From: a virus
Lineage: Duplodnaviria > Caudoviricetes
IMG/VR virus record: IMGVR_UViG_2595698868_000001
Coordinates: 160,001-224,000 of that record
Direction: 5' to 3' (one strand)
DNA: 64,000 bases
Position numbers and translations under genes: made by a program. Position 1 is the stretch's first letter, and each line of letters starts with the position of its first letter. The notes beneath the pieces are model-generated. The model ran no database searches. It was not told where the DNA came from and worked only from the letters and a program-made list of their open reading frames with translations. This document shows, piece by piece, positions 37,820 to 45,928 of the stretch.

Positions 37820-38142
37820 TGGACATCGAACTGCGCAAGATCGACAACAGCGGTGAGCGCGAGGAAGTCTTCGGCCGCCGCAAACGACAACGCCGGCGCC
37901 TGAACGCCTACGACATCATCCACGATGGTGTCGTCATCGGACGCGTCAGCGAGCGTCTCGTCACCTTCGAGAATCGCTCGCCGGGCAGGATGTACGTCAA
38001 CTATCGCTGGCAGAACGTGCGCTGGTTCGCCGAACGCCTGGGTCAGAATCCGCGCTATCGGGGCGGCTCCGAAACCCGCAAGTTGGAAGTCGAAGGCTTC
38101 CTGCGCGACTGGACCCGTGAACAGAAGGAGGCTTCCGCATGA
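37819..38142 (+). CDS. hypothetical protein
   Basis: TGATG coupling, GGAGG. Confidence 0.72.
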   Translation: MDIELRKIDNSGEREEVFGRRKRQRRRLNAYDIIHDGVVIGRVSERLVTFENRSPGRMYVNYRWQNVRWFAERLGQNPRYRGGSETRKLEVEGFLRDWTREQKEASA

Positions 38143-38813
38143 ACGACATCAAGCACGTCTCTTTCGACGTCTGGAAAACGCTGATCGACCCGAGCCCGGA
38201 TTTCGGCGCCGCTCGCCGGCAACTGCTGATCGACACGTTCGATCTGCCCCCGAAGCAGGTCGAGACCGCGTACCGCTGGGTCAAGGACTCCTCGGATGGG
38301 GATGCTGAAGCCGCTGGAATTGGCTACACCAGCGCTCAGGTCTACGAGAAGCTGATGGAGGCGCTCGGCTTGCCCGCTGACGATTGGTGGGCGCTGCGCT
38401 CCAAGATCGAGGCCCTGTTCGCCAAGCATCCGCCGATCGTGCGGCCGGGCGTGACCGAGACGTTGCAGGCGCTGCAAACCGCCGGCTACGGCCTGTCGAT
38501 CTCCAGCAACACCAACTTCATCGCCGGAGCCTGTCTGCGAGAGGTTGTCTTGGATCATCTCGGTATCGAGTGGTCCTTCGCCCTGTTCTCGGACCAGATG
38601 GCGGTCGCCAAGCCGAACCCCCTCATGTGGCATGCCGTGAAGTCGCTCGCGGCGCTCCACTCGAACGCCGAGCCGCATCAAGTCCTGCACGTGGGCGACA
38701 ACCTCATCTGCGACGGCAGGTGCGTCGACCACGGGCTCCAGTTCCATCCCATCAACCAACCGGCGGACTTCCCCGCCCTGACCGGAGTCCTTCTGAATGC
38801 CCAAGCAGCGTAG
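38139..38813 (+). CDS. HAD-superfamily hydrolase
   Basis: SFDVWKTL, SSNT, KPNP, LHVGDNLICDG. Confidence 0.85.
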   Translation: MNDIKHVSFDVWKTLIDPSPDFGAARRQLLIDTFDLPPKQVETAYRWVKDSSDGDAEAAGIGYTSAQVYEKLMEALGLPADDWWALRSKIEALFAKHPPIVRPGVTETLQALQTAGYGLSISSNTNFIAGACLREVVLDHLGIEWSFALFSDQMAVAKPNPLMWHAVKSLAALHSNAEPHQVLHVGDNLICDGRCVDHGLQFHPINQPADFPALTGVLLNAQAA

Positions 38814-39672
38814 TCCGTTCGCGCAGTTCGTCGTCCACAGCTTCGACGACCTGGAAAACCCGTCCTTCTGTCCGCGCGACTACTCGCGGCTGAAGTTCGG
38901 CTCCGACATCGTCGCCCGTCGGTTCGGCGACGAGATGGCCGAGGCCTTCTATGCGCAGCACCATGATCTGTTGATCACCGATCGCTGCGTCGTCGTGCCG
39001 TCCGCCTTCAACGTCGTCGAGATCGCCGCGACCATCCTGGCGCGCCACTTCATGAACCGCCTGAACGACCTGCTGACGCGGGAAGGCCATCGCGGCGTCG
39101 AGTGGACCATCATGCACCGCACGATGAGCTACGTCGCCGACTACTCCTTCATGCCGAAGGAGGAGCGCGCCGCGATGCTGAAGGCCGACAAGTTGTTCAT
39201 CAACCGCGACTTCATCGAAGGCAAGGTGCTGCTGTTCGTCGACGACGTCACCATCACCGGCGCCCACGAGCACAAAATCGTCGACTTCCTGGACGGCCTG
39301 GGGCTGAAGAATCCGCGCATCTTCTGCTACTACGCGCGGTACAACGGCGAACGCGCTGATATCGAAGCCGCGCTCAACCAGTCGAGCATCAAGGGCGCCG
39401 ACGAGTACGTCGAACTGATCCGCGAACCGGGGCATCAACTCGTAGTTCGGGCCGTCCGCTTCCTGCTGGACCTACCGACGTCGGAACTCGCCACGGTCCT
39501 GCGATTCGTCGATGGGCTGTTCATCGACAAGCTGTACCATGCCTGCCTCGCCAAGGAGTACGACAAGCAGGAGAAGTACCGCCAGGGCTTCGAGATGATC
39601 CGGGCGCGCCACGACAAGGGCTCGGCCTGGGGCACGCCGCCGGCGCAGGTCGTCAACATCGCGGCGGCGTGA
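38797..39672 (+). CDS. phosphoribosyltransferase-fold protein (Ter-associated, ComF-like type)
   Basis: DYSRLKFG, PRPP-binding loop LLFVDDVTITGAHE. Confidence 0.75.
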   Translation: MPKQRSPFAQFVVHSFDDLENPSFCPRDYSRLKFGSDIVARRFGDEMAEAFYAQHHDLLITDRCVVVPSAFNVVEIAATILARHFMNRLNDLLTREGHRGVEWTIMHRTMSYVADYSFMPKEERAAMLKADKLFINRDFIEGKVLLFVDDVTITGAHEHKIVDFLDGLGLKNPRIFCYYARYNGERADIEAALNQSSIKGADEYVELIREPGHQLVVRAVRFLLDLPTSELATVLRFVDGLFIDKLYHACLAKEYDKQEKYRQGFEMIRARHDKGSAWGTPPAQVVNIAAA

Positions 39673-39680
39673 TCCAATAG

Positions 39681-39726
39681 TTGACAGCCGGCAGCCTTCT
39701 CCGTAAGGCTGCCGGTCTAACTGACA
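39681..39726 (+). promoter_or_regulatory. class A promoter with 11-bp inverted repeat and 17-bp operator (39710-39726)
   Basis: TTGACA-17bp-TAAGGC; CCGGCAGCCTT/AAGGCTGCCGG; TGCCGGTCTAACTGACA. Confidence 0.8.
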
Positions 39727-39735
39727 GGTAAAACC

Positions 39736-39981
39736 ATGGGTTTCGCGGACAACATGAACGATTTTCAGCGCACCGAGATGCAGTCGATCAAGTCGCGCAA
39801 CATGGGCGGCGGCGGCTGGACGCTGAAGGAATTCGGGCATCGGGTCGAGGCTGGCAGGGTCATCGTCCATTGCAAGCGGGTGAACATCGAGAAGAAGTCC
39901 GAGCACGTCCTGGAATACGAGATCGACACCAGGGGCTTCTCCAAGGTCACGCTCGACGCCCAGGGCTCGATTACGCTGTGA
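39736..39981 (+). CDS. hypothetical protein
   Basis: ORF after promoter. Confidence 0.72.
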   Translation: MGFADNMNDFQRTEMQSIKSRNMGGGGWTLKEFGHRVEAGRVIVHCKRVNIEKKSEHVLEYEIDTRGFSKVTLDAQGSITL

Positions 39982-40643
39982 CGAAGCAGGTCACCCGCAT
40001 GGAAGTCGACGGCTCGGTCGTTCTTATCGAGCCGATGGAGCGCGAGGTCTCCTATCGCTACAGCGATGGCAGCGTAGGCGCCTATCGCCAGCGATCGCTC
40101 TACAAGGTGCTGGTCGATGACGTATTGCGAGGCTACCTGTCGTTTCCGATGGGCTACGGTGGTAGATGGTCCGTCGTAACGCTGCGCCCAAAACACCGCT
40201 ACAGCAACGTCTGGCGGCATCTGTATAGCGATCGCACCGAGCACGGCTTGTTCGAATACTACCGTTCTGTCTCGCCCGGCGTGCTGAATGAAACGGAGAA
40301 TTGGGGCGAGCACGCGAAGTTCTGGGAGGACCGTAACGCCATCCTGGCCGCCTTCCCCAAGATGATCGCGCTCGGTCGCGCTCCTTCGCCGGAAGAGGAA
40401 GAAGCAAACCTCATCCAGATGAAGGCGGACTATGAGGAGTCCGTGCGTCAAGACGCCGCCAACAAGGAGCGTTGGGCGCGAGAACGTGCCGAACGTGAGG
40501 CTCAGCAGGCCGAGGCCGCGCGCATCGCCGAGGAAAAGCGTCTGGAGACCCTCGAAGGCCTGAACTCCATCTTGGCCCGCGAGACCCTGACCAACTTCGA
40601 GCGCGACTGCCTGATGACGGCGATCGCACGGTTCTCGAACTAG
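39978..40643 (+). CDS. hypothetical protein, paralog of 31018-31782
   Basis: GTGA overlap; shared motifs. Confidence 0.75.
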   Translation: MTKQVTRMEVDGSVVLIEPMEREVSYRYSDGSVGAYRQRSLYKVLVDDVLRGYLSFPMGYGGRWSVVTLRPKHRYSNVWRHLYSDRTEHGLFEYYRSVSPGVLNETENWGEHAKFWEDRNAILAAFPKMIALGRAPSPEEEEANLIQMKADYEESVRQDAANKERWARERAEREAQQAEAARIAEEKRLETLEGLNSILARETLTNFERDCLMTAIARFSN

Positions 40644-40647
40644 AGAG

Positions 40648-40677
40648 TTGACAGCCGACTGAGGGCGCCACTAAAAC
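40648..40677 (+). promoter_or_regulatory. class A promoter
   Basis: GAGAG-TTGACAGCCG..ACTAAAAC. Confidence 0.8.
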
Positions 40678-40704
40678 TGTCACGACCCTTTCAGGATAAC
40701 CGGC

Positions 40705-41298
40705 ATGAACATCACCCTCCGCAAAGCCTCTCAGTTTTCCAAAGCGCTGATCGAGGCAGGCCGCAAGACCACGATCAATCGCCTCATCTCGGTGTCGGTC
40801 TACGAAGACTCCGTGGAAAAGCCCGCGCAAGCCCTGGTCGAACTGGCCCAAGAGGCTGCGCGGGAGAAGCTGACCCAAGCGCTCCACATGATCACGGGTG
40901 GCTACGAACTGCGCGGTCAGATCGCCAAGGCCAACGCCGACGTCGGCATCAACCTCCTGCTCACCGAGCAAGCCAACCTCTCGGCGCACGAGGCCCTCAT
41001 TTCGACGGTATGCGGCATCGAGTACACCTACGATGACTCGGTGGAGCCGCAGTACGCCGACGCAAAGCTGACGACGCTGAAGAAGAAGCGCGAGACCGAG
41101 ACCGTCATGCACCATGACGATCACCTGAACGTGCGCGTCATCACTGACGAGATCAAGGTGCCGCTGAAGGACTCGATCGCGGTGATCCGCCGGCGCAAGG
41201 CGGAGATCGCCGATGAACTAACCTATCTGAACGCCAGCACTCGTATCGAGGTGTCGGAGAACGTCCAGAGCCTGCTGAAGGCCCTGAAGCTGATCTAA
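40705..41298 (+). CDS. long helical-hairpin/coiled-coil protein (resembles DIP1984-like family) preceding a structured RNA
   Basis: MNITLRKA start, ELRGQIAKANA, RKAEIADELTYLNASTRIEV end. Confidence 0.8.
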   Translation: MNITLRKASQFSKALIEAGRKTTINRLISVSVYEDSVEKPAQALVELAQEAAREKLTQALHMITGGYELRGQIAKANADVGINLLLTEQANLSAHEALISTVCGIEYTYDDSVEPQYADAKLTTLKKKRETETVMHHDDHLNVRVITDEIKVPLKDSIAVIRRRKAEIADELTYLNASTRIEVSENVQSLLKALKLI

Positions 41299-41302
41299 CG
41301 AG

Positions 41303-41563
41303 CTTGGACGTGCTGCCTTTCCTGCGGGACTGGCAACGTCCGAGGGGTGGAAGCGGAGAAGAGGAACGCAACAGCAAAGATGAGGCTCCGGCCTTCATCA
41401 TGGAACCCACCGCTTACGCGGACATCTCTTTGCTAACCGGAATTACTCTACGGAGTGCCCTTATGGGCTTGTTGTTTGTTCCGGACTGTAGAGATTTGTG
41501 GGTTGCGCGTTGTCCGTTGTAGCTTGCCCTTTGTCCAGCGCCCTTTATCACCGCTTCCACTCT
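41303..41563 (+). ncRNA. putative ~260-nt structured non-coding RNA
   Basis: closing helix 41347-41356/41551-41560; nested helices; C-UGCG-G, C-UCCG-G and C-UACG-G tetraloops; G-U pairs consistent with plus strand. Confidence 0.75.
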
Positions 41564-41582
41564 ACCAATTCACGGAGTCCTC

Positions 41583-41828
41583 ATGCGTAAGACCTTCTTC
41601 GGTGAACTGATCTTCCAACCCGGCGACGATTTCTTCGCTGAATGGAACATGAACTTCCAGGAAGACCCGGACGGAGAAATCGCCCGGTTCATCGAGCATG
41701 ATCCTGAAACCGGTTGGGGCTGCGAGATCACCGATAACAACGACCGCACCGCCCACGCCGCCGACTTCGAGAGCCGCGAGGCCCTGGTCGAGTGGTTGAC
41801 CCAGAACAAGATCGAGGTCGAGGTCTAG
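41583..41828 (+). CDS. acidic hypothetical protein
   Basis: GGAG RBS. Confidence 0.75.
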   Translation: MRKTFFGELIFQPGDDFFAEWNMNFQEDPDGEIARFIEHDPETGWGCEITDNNDRTAHAADFESREALVEWLTQNKIEVEV

Positions 41829-41831
41829 GCC

Positions 41832-42431
41832 ATGAACCGTCGTGAAATCCTCCTGGGCGCCGCCGCCATGGCAGGTGCTTCGGCCGTCGGTCTTCCCGCG
41901 CTCGCCACCGTTCGCGTTCGTGGTGCATGGGAAGACCTCGACAGCGATAAGGCCCATGCCTTCGTCTTCTGGTCGGCGGAAGCGAACGCGAGTCCGCACC
42001 GCAAGGTGGTCCGCGACTGGATCAAGGAAGTGGTCGATACGGGCATCCTGTACTGCGCCGGCGACGGCTTCATCGGTGATCGCACAGTGCGCGTCGAGAA
42101 CCTCCGGTTCGACGTTGCCTGGGGCAAGCCAGTGTTCAACTACATGTCCGGCTACACCGATGAGATTGGTCCGTCGATCACGATCACCGAGCACATGCCG
42201 GACGGCAGGGATGCCGTTTTCGCGCCGGTTGGCCTCGCCTCGACCCACGGATCGACGCACGTTCGCGCCGAGTATCGGGACGTCTACTTGGTTCGCAAGC
42301 CGCTGCTTCGTTACGAGGAGGAGCGAGAACTGCGGTACGTCCTCGGCGACACTAACGGCTACAGCCCCAATTCGCGCATCGGCTATGACATGCGCTGGCT
42401 GGACGACTTCAAGCTGAAGGGTTCGGTCTGA
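41832..42431 (+). CDS. hypothetical protein with Tat-like signal
   Basis: MNRREILLGAAAMAG. Confidence 0.72.
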   Translation: MNRREILLGAAAMAGASAVGLPALATVRVRGAWEDLDSDKAHAFVFWSAEANASPHRKVVRDWIKEVVDTGILYCAGDGFIGDRTVRVENLRFDVAWGKPVFNYMSGYTDEIGPSITITEHMPDGRDAVFAPVGLASTHGSTHVRAEYRDVYLVRKPLLRYEEERELRYVLGDTNGYSPNSRIGYDMRWLDDFKLKGSV

Positions 42432-42838
42432 TGGTCCAGCCGCGCCGGTCCTTCGAATCGATCCGTGAAGTGGTCGCGGCCTGTTCGTACCCAGGCTTGG
42501 ACTTCAAGCTCGCGACGCATCCAGGCACGGATAAGCCATATCTCCAGATCGTCTGCGAGGATGGCGTTGACACGAAGACCGGTGAGGCTGCCTCCTGGAA
42601 AGGGCGTAAGTGGGACCTGTCCTACTACGCGACCGACACCGAGATCGTTCAGACCGCTTGGGCCGCCGTCCAGCGAGCCTTGATCCACGAGGCGAGCGAG
42701 ATGTTCAAGTTCAAGGACGCGGCCATCTATGATCGCCACATCAGCGTCCATCGACTGGTCGACCTGATCGCGGGCGCCGATCCCTACGACAGCCGCGAAG
42801 ACGCGATGAACGGCCTTGGAGAAGACAGTGCTGCGTAG
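42431..42838 (+). CDS. hypothetical phage protein
   Basis: GRKWDLS..TDTEIVQTA..A..HEA.E.F.F. Confidence 0.8.
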   Translation: MVQPRRSFESIREVVAACSYPGLDFKLATHPGTDKPYLQIVCEDGVDTKTGEAASWKGRKWDLSYYATDTEIVQTAWAAVQRALIHEASEMFKFKDAAIYDRHISVHRLVDLIAGADPYDSREDAMNGLGEDSAA

Positions 42839-43562
42839 TCAGGCCATCGTAATCGACCTAGGCGACACCCAGACCTATCACGATCTCGACGGCGTCCACG
42901 CCGACTACGCTGCCGGCATGCGCAAGCTGGGCTACGACGTCAGCCAGGAACTGCGCAAGAAGTTCTTGTCGCCCGGTACCGGACATCCGCTGAAGCGTGA
43001 GATGTACGAAAAGATTAAGGGCACCGATTTCTTCCGATATCTACCGATCATGCCCGGCTCGGTCGAGATGTATCGTGCCCTGAAGAGCACGAACGAGCCG
43101 GTCATCCTGACCGCTTCACCGCTGTTCGGTGCGACCGAGGACAACTACTATCTCAATCCGTACTGGCAAGGCGCCAAGTATCACAAGCGTGGATGGGTTG
43201 AGCATGTCTTTCTGCCGCAGACCCAGCCTTACGAAGATTTCGCCTTCGGTATGCGTCGCGTTCACTACTCCGATCACATCGCGATCGCGGATGAGAACTT
43301 CATCTGCACGACCAGTAAGCGCAAGCACGAGTTCCTTCACCACAAGCACTCCCAGCGCCAACTGCTGATCGACGACAAGATTGAGAACGTCACCGCTTGG
43401 GCCGAGGCCGGCGGTCTGGGCATCCTTCATCTCGATCCCCATACCACGATGCGGGCGGCAGCCCTCCTGTCGGGTCAGGATTTCGGTTTCGAAGGTCCCG
43501 GCGAATGGAAGCGCTGCGGCTCCAACGGGGGCTACCTGTTTGATGCGCGGGTGCCTGAATGA
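42828..43562 (+). CDS. 5'(3')-deoxyribonucleotidase-like HAD phosphatase
   Basis: DLDGVHADY, ILTASP, KRGWV, LLIDDK..N..W..AGG.GILH. Confidence 0.8.
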   Translation: MLRSQAIVIDLGDTQTYHDLDGVHADYAAGMRKLGYDVSQELRKKFLSPGTGHPLKREMYEKIKGTDFFRYLPIMPGSVEMYRALKSTNEPVILTASPLFGATEDNYYLNPYWQGAKYHKRGWVEHVFLPQTQPYEDFAFGMRRVHYSDHIAIADENFICTTSKRKHEFLHHKHSQRQLLIDDKIENVTAWAEAGGLGILHLDPHTTMRAAALLSGQDFGFEGPGEWKRCGSNGGYLFDARVPE

Positions 43563-44251
43563 TCGAGGTTCCAGGCATCCGCGCCTTCGGATTCGTCCCC
43601 GGCTACGAGCGCAAGGGCCTCTATTCGATCGAGGAGGTTCACGCCCACATCGGTCCCGAGCCACGAGAGTTCGACGGCGACATGGTTCCAATGGCGTCGC
43701 AGCGTTACGTGCTGTTCGCACGCGCACATGCCTGCGTGCGTTGTGGCCTCGTAGGCGCCTTCTACGCCAAAGAGCGTAGCGCTCGGTACGTGAAGTCGAC
43801 GGGCGAATACCGACCAACGACGAACTCCTGGCACTTCAATCTCTACGCCCTAACCGATGGTCCGAGCCCCCGCGCGGTTCTGATGACCAAGGACCACATT
43901 GTGCCCAGGGCGCGCGGCGGGGCCGACGTCGATGAGAACTATCAACCGATGTGCTCGCCGTGCAATACGCGCAAAGGCCACCGCATCGAAGGCGAGTCTG
44001 ACGAGGAATTCCAAGCTTCGCCGGCGGAGGTGGCCCGACGCCGCACGATCGAAGAGGCCCGCGCGCGCAAGCGGGATCGCCACACCGAGGCGCGTCACCT
44101 CCTGATCCAACAGGTCAAGCGCCTGTGTAAAGAGGTGGGTTTGGAGCCGCCAACCGACAACGAGTTCTGTCGGATCGCTAATCGCAAACTGTCAGCGCGG
44201 ATCAGTGATCTGCTTCTGATCAAGAACCAGACGGTGGTGGCCTATGCCTGA
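43559..44251 (+). CDS. HNH endonuclease-domain protein
   Basis: CVRC, MTKDHIVPRARGG, NYQPMCSPCNTRKG. Confidence 0.85.
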   Translation: MIEVPGIRAFGFVPGYERKGLYSIEEVHAHIGPEPREFDGDMVPMASQRYVLFARAHACVRCGLVGAFYAKERSARYVKSTGEYRPTTNSWHFNLYALTDGPSPRAVLMTKDHIVPRARGGADVDENYQPMCSPCNTRKGHRIEGESDEEFQASPAEVARRRTIEEARARKRDRHTEARHLLIQQVKRLCKEVGLEPPTDNEFCRIANRKLSARISDLLLIKNQTVVAYA

Positions 44252-44618
44252 TACTCCGAGCATCGAACTCCTGGAGCATCGGATTGATCTCCTCAGTCAA
44301 GCACTCCTGAAGGTGCTCCAGACTGAAGGAATGATCCGGCAGGATATCGAGGAACTGACCGGGCCGGAACTCCTCCACATGGCGGACAGCTACTGCATCG
44401 CCATGAAGGAAAGCCGCACCGGCGGCATCACCCTTGAGCCGGGCGCGGCCATTCAACGTGATGATGGCCGCTTCTATGTGCCGTTGAGCCGCATACCTCC
44501 CCGCGCCGGCGTCTCCAACATCGTCGCGCGCGTGGCTTCAGATGCTTTCGAGGAGCCGGAGGTGGAAGCGCAACTGTTTGCGCTCGAACTAGCGGCCCGC
44601 TGGAATAAGGGAGCCTAA
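44244..44618 (+). CDS. hypothetical protein
   Basis: tiled ORF. Confidence 0.7.
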   Translation: MPDTPSIELLEHRIDLLSQALLKVLQTEGMIRQDIEELTGPELLHMADSYCIAMKESRTGGITLEPGAAIQRDDGRFYVPLSRIPPRAGVSNIVARVASDAFEEPEVEAQLFALELAARWNKGA

Positions 44619-44620
44619 CC

Positions 44621-45121
44621 TTGGGTACTCACCGGCGTCTCTTCTCGACAGGCTCGTCGTCTTATCGCTCCCATTCGCCAGGGTCTGGCCCCAAACCTAT
44701 TCGAGCGCACTCGCCCGGCTCATCGGAGCGTTTTGAGCCTGTCCGTCGCTCGCATTCTCCCGGCTCGCCGGCCCGTTCTTTGCCGCGCTCTTCCAGCTAT
44801 TCGTCGCCGGCGGTCACCCAAGGCCTGTCGCCGATGACGCTGGAGCCCGGCAACCCGGACCCGATGCGCTGGACTCTGCTGCGTGGCCAGAAGGTCGGGC
44901 GCGGCTTCGTCGCCGAAATCCATTACCCGGACTGCACCAACTACGAGGGCAAGAAGATTCTCGTCTTCCGGGCCGCGAGCCTGGACGCCATCGTCAAGCA
45001 GAACAAGGGAATGCTCGACCCTCACTTCACCGACGATAGCAAGATGGTTGCGCCGGTGGCTCGCTTCGAACCCACCGAGCGCGGTTGGGAACTGGCCCTG
45101 TTGATCGCGGCGAACCTCTGA
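44621..45121 (+). CDS. hypothetical phage protein with N-terminal (S/A)HSPGS repeats
   Basis: NPDP..YPDCTNYEGKKILV..LDPHF..PVARFEPT..GW. Confidence 0.75.
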   Translation: MGTHRRLFSTGSSSYRSHSPGSGPKPIRAHSPGSSERFEPVRRSHSPGSPARSLPRSSSYSSPAVTQGLSPMTLEPGNPDPMRWTLLRGQKVGRGFVAEIHYPDCTNYEGKKILVFRAASLDAIVKQNKGMLDPHFTDDSKMVAPVARFEPTERGWELALLIAANL

Positions 45122-45318
45122 TGTCGATCGTCGCCTACCATACGACGCCGTCGATCAAATACTACGCCAAACGGCGCAAGTCGGACATCATCTTCTCGAT
45201 CCACATGATGTGCGATCAATTGAAGATTGAACGCCCGCCGACCGCCGAGTTGGAGAAGAAGACCAACTACGAACTGGCTTGGCAGGCCCTGCGTCTCCAC
45301 GCCCAATTTCCCGAATAG
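45121..45318 (+). CDS. hypothetical protein
   Basis: TGATG coupling. Confidence 0.65.
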   Translation: MSIVAYHTTPSIKYYAKRRKSDIIFSIHMMCDQLKIERPPTAELEKKTNYELAWQALRLHAQFPE

Positions 45319-45327
45319 GAGTCTGTT

Positions 45328-45705
45328 GTGACCCGTCGATCCTCGTCTTCCTCAAACGTCGCCTTGTGGCTGGGCGGCGCTGTTATACTGCTCATCGTGG
45401 GCGTCATCGTCTATGCGATCGCCGATCGCGCCGGCACGCCAACGAAGAGTGGCCTCGCCCGGATCGATGAGATTCGCTACCGACCCGCCTACACCTCGAC
45501 GTCCGGATCGGGCTCGGAGAAGAAGACGACGCATCATCAAGCCGAGTGGAAGGTCGATGTCGTCACGCTGGACGGCCGCGACACCGTGACCCGTACGTGG
45601 TCGCCGCCGGCGTGGATGGCTGAAGACGGCTTCGTCAAGGCTTCGTACAGCGTCGGCCGTTTCTCGCACTCTGTCTCGATCAGCAAGCTCGAACCGATCA
45701 AGTAG
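45328..45705 (+). CDS. membrane-anchored hypothetical protein
   Basis: AGGAG RBS, N-terminal TM. Confidence 0.72.
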   Translation: MTRRSSSSSNVALWLGGAVILLIVGVIVYAIADRAGTPTKSGLARIDEIRYRPAYTSTSGSGSEKKTTHHQAEWKVDVVTLDGRDTVTRTWSPPAWMAEDGFVKASYSVGRFSHSVSISKLEPIK

Positions 45706-45709
45706 CGCC

Positions 45710-45928
45710 ATGAGCCTCACCCTCACCTTCATTTCTGTCCTGGTCGCTACCGCGTTTGGCCTTTGGCTCGCGGACGATGTCATTCCGGCATACCTCAATC
45801 GGGTGACCGATACGAAAGCGTATCGGGAAATGGCGACCTATCAGGGCTGGTTGAGGGGCGTCAGCTATTTGGGTGGGGCGTGGCTTCTGGTCATGGGCAT
45901 CATGCTTTGGGTGGACGGCTACCAGTGA
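45710..45928 (+). CDS. small membrane protein
   Basis: two TM segments. Confidence 0.65.
   Translation: MSLTLTFISVLVATAFGLWLADDVIPAYLNRVTDTKAYREMATYQGWLRGVSYLGGAWLLVMGIMLWVDGYQ

Noticed and set aside
41304-41522. 72-aa ORF inside the structured region
   Set aside because: TTG start without RBS, atypical codon usage; the sequence is better explained by RNA pairing.
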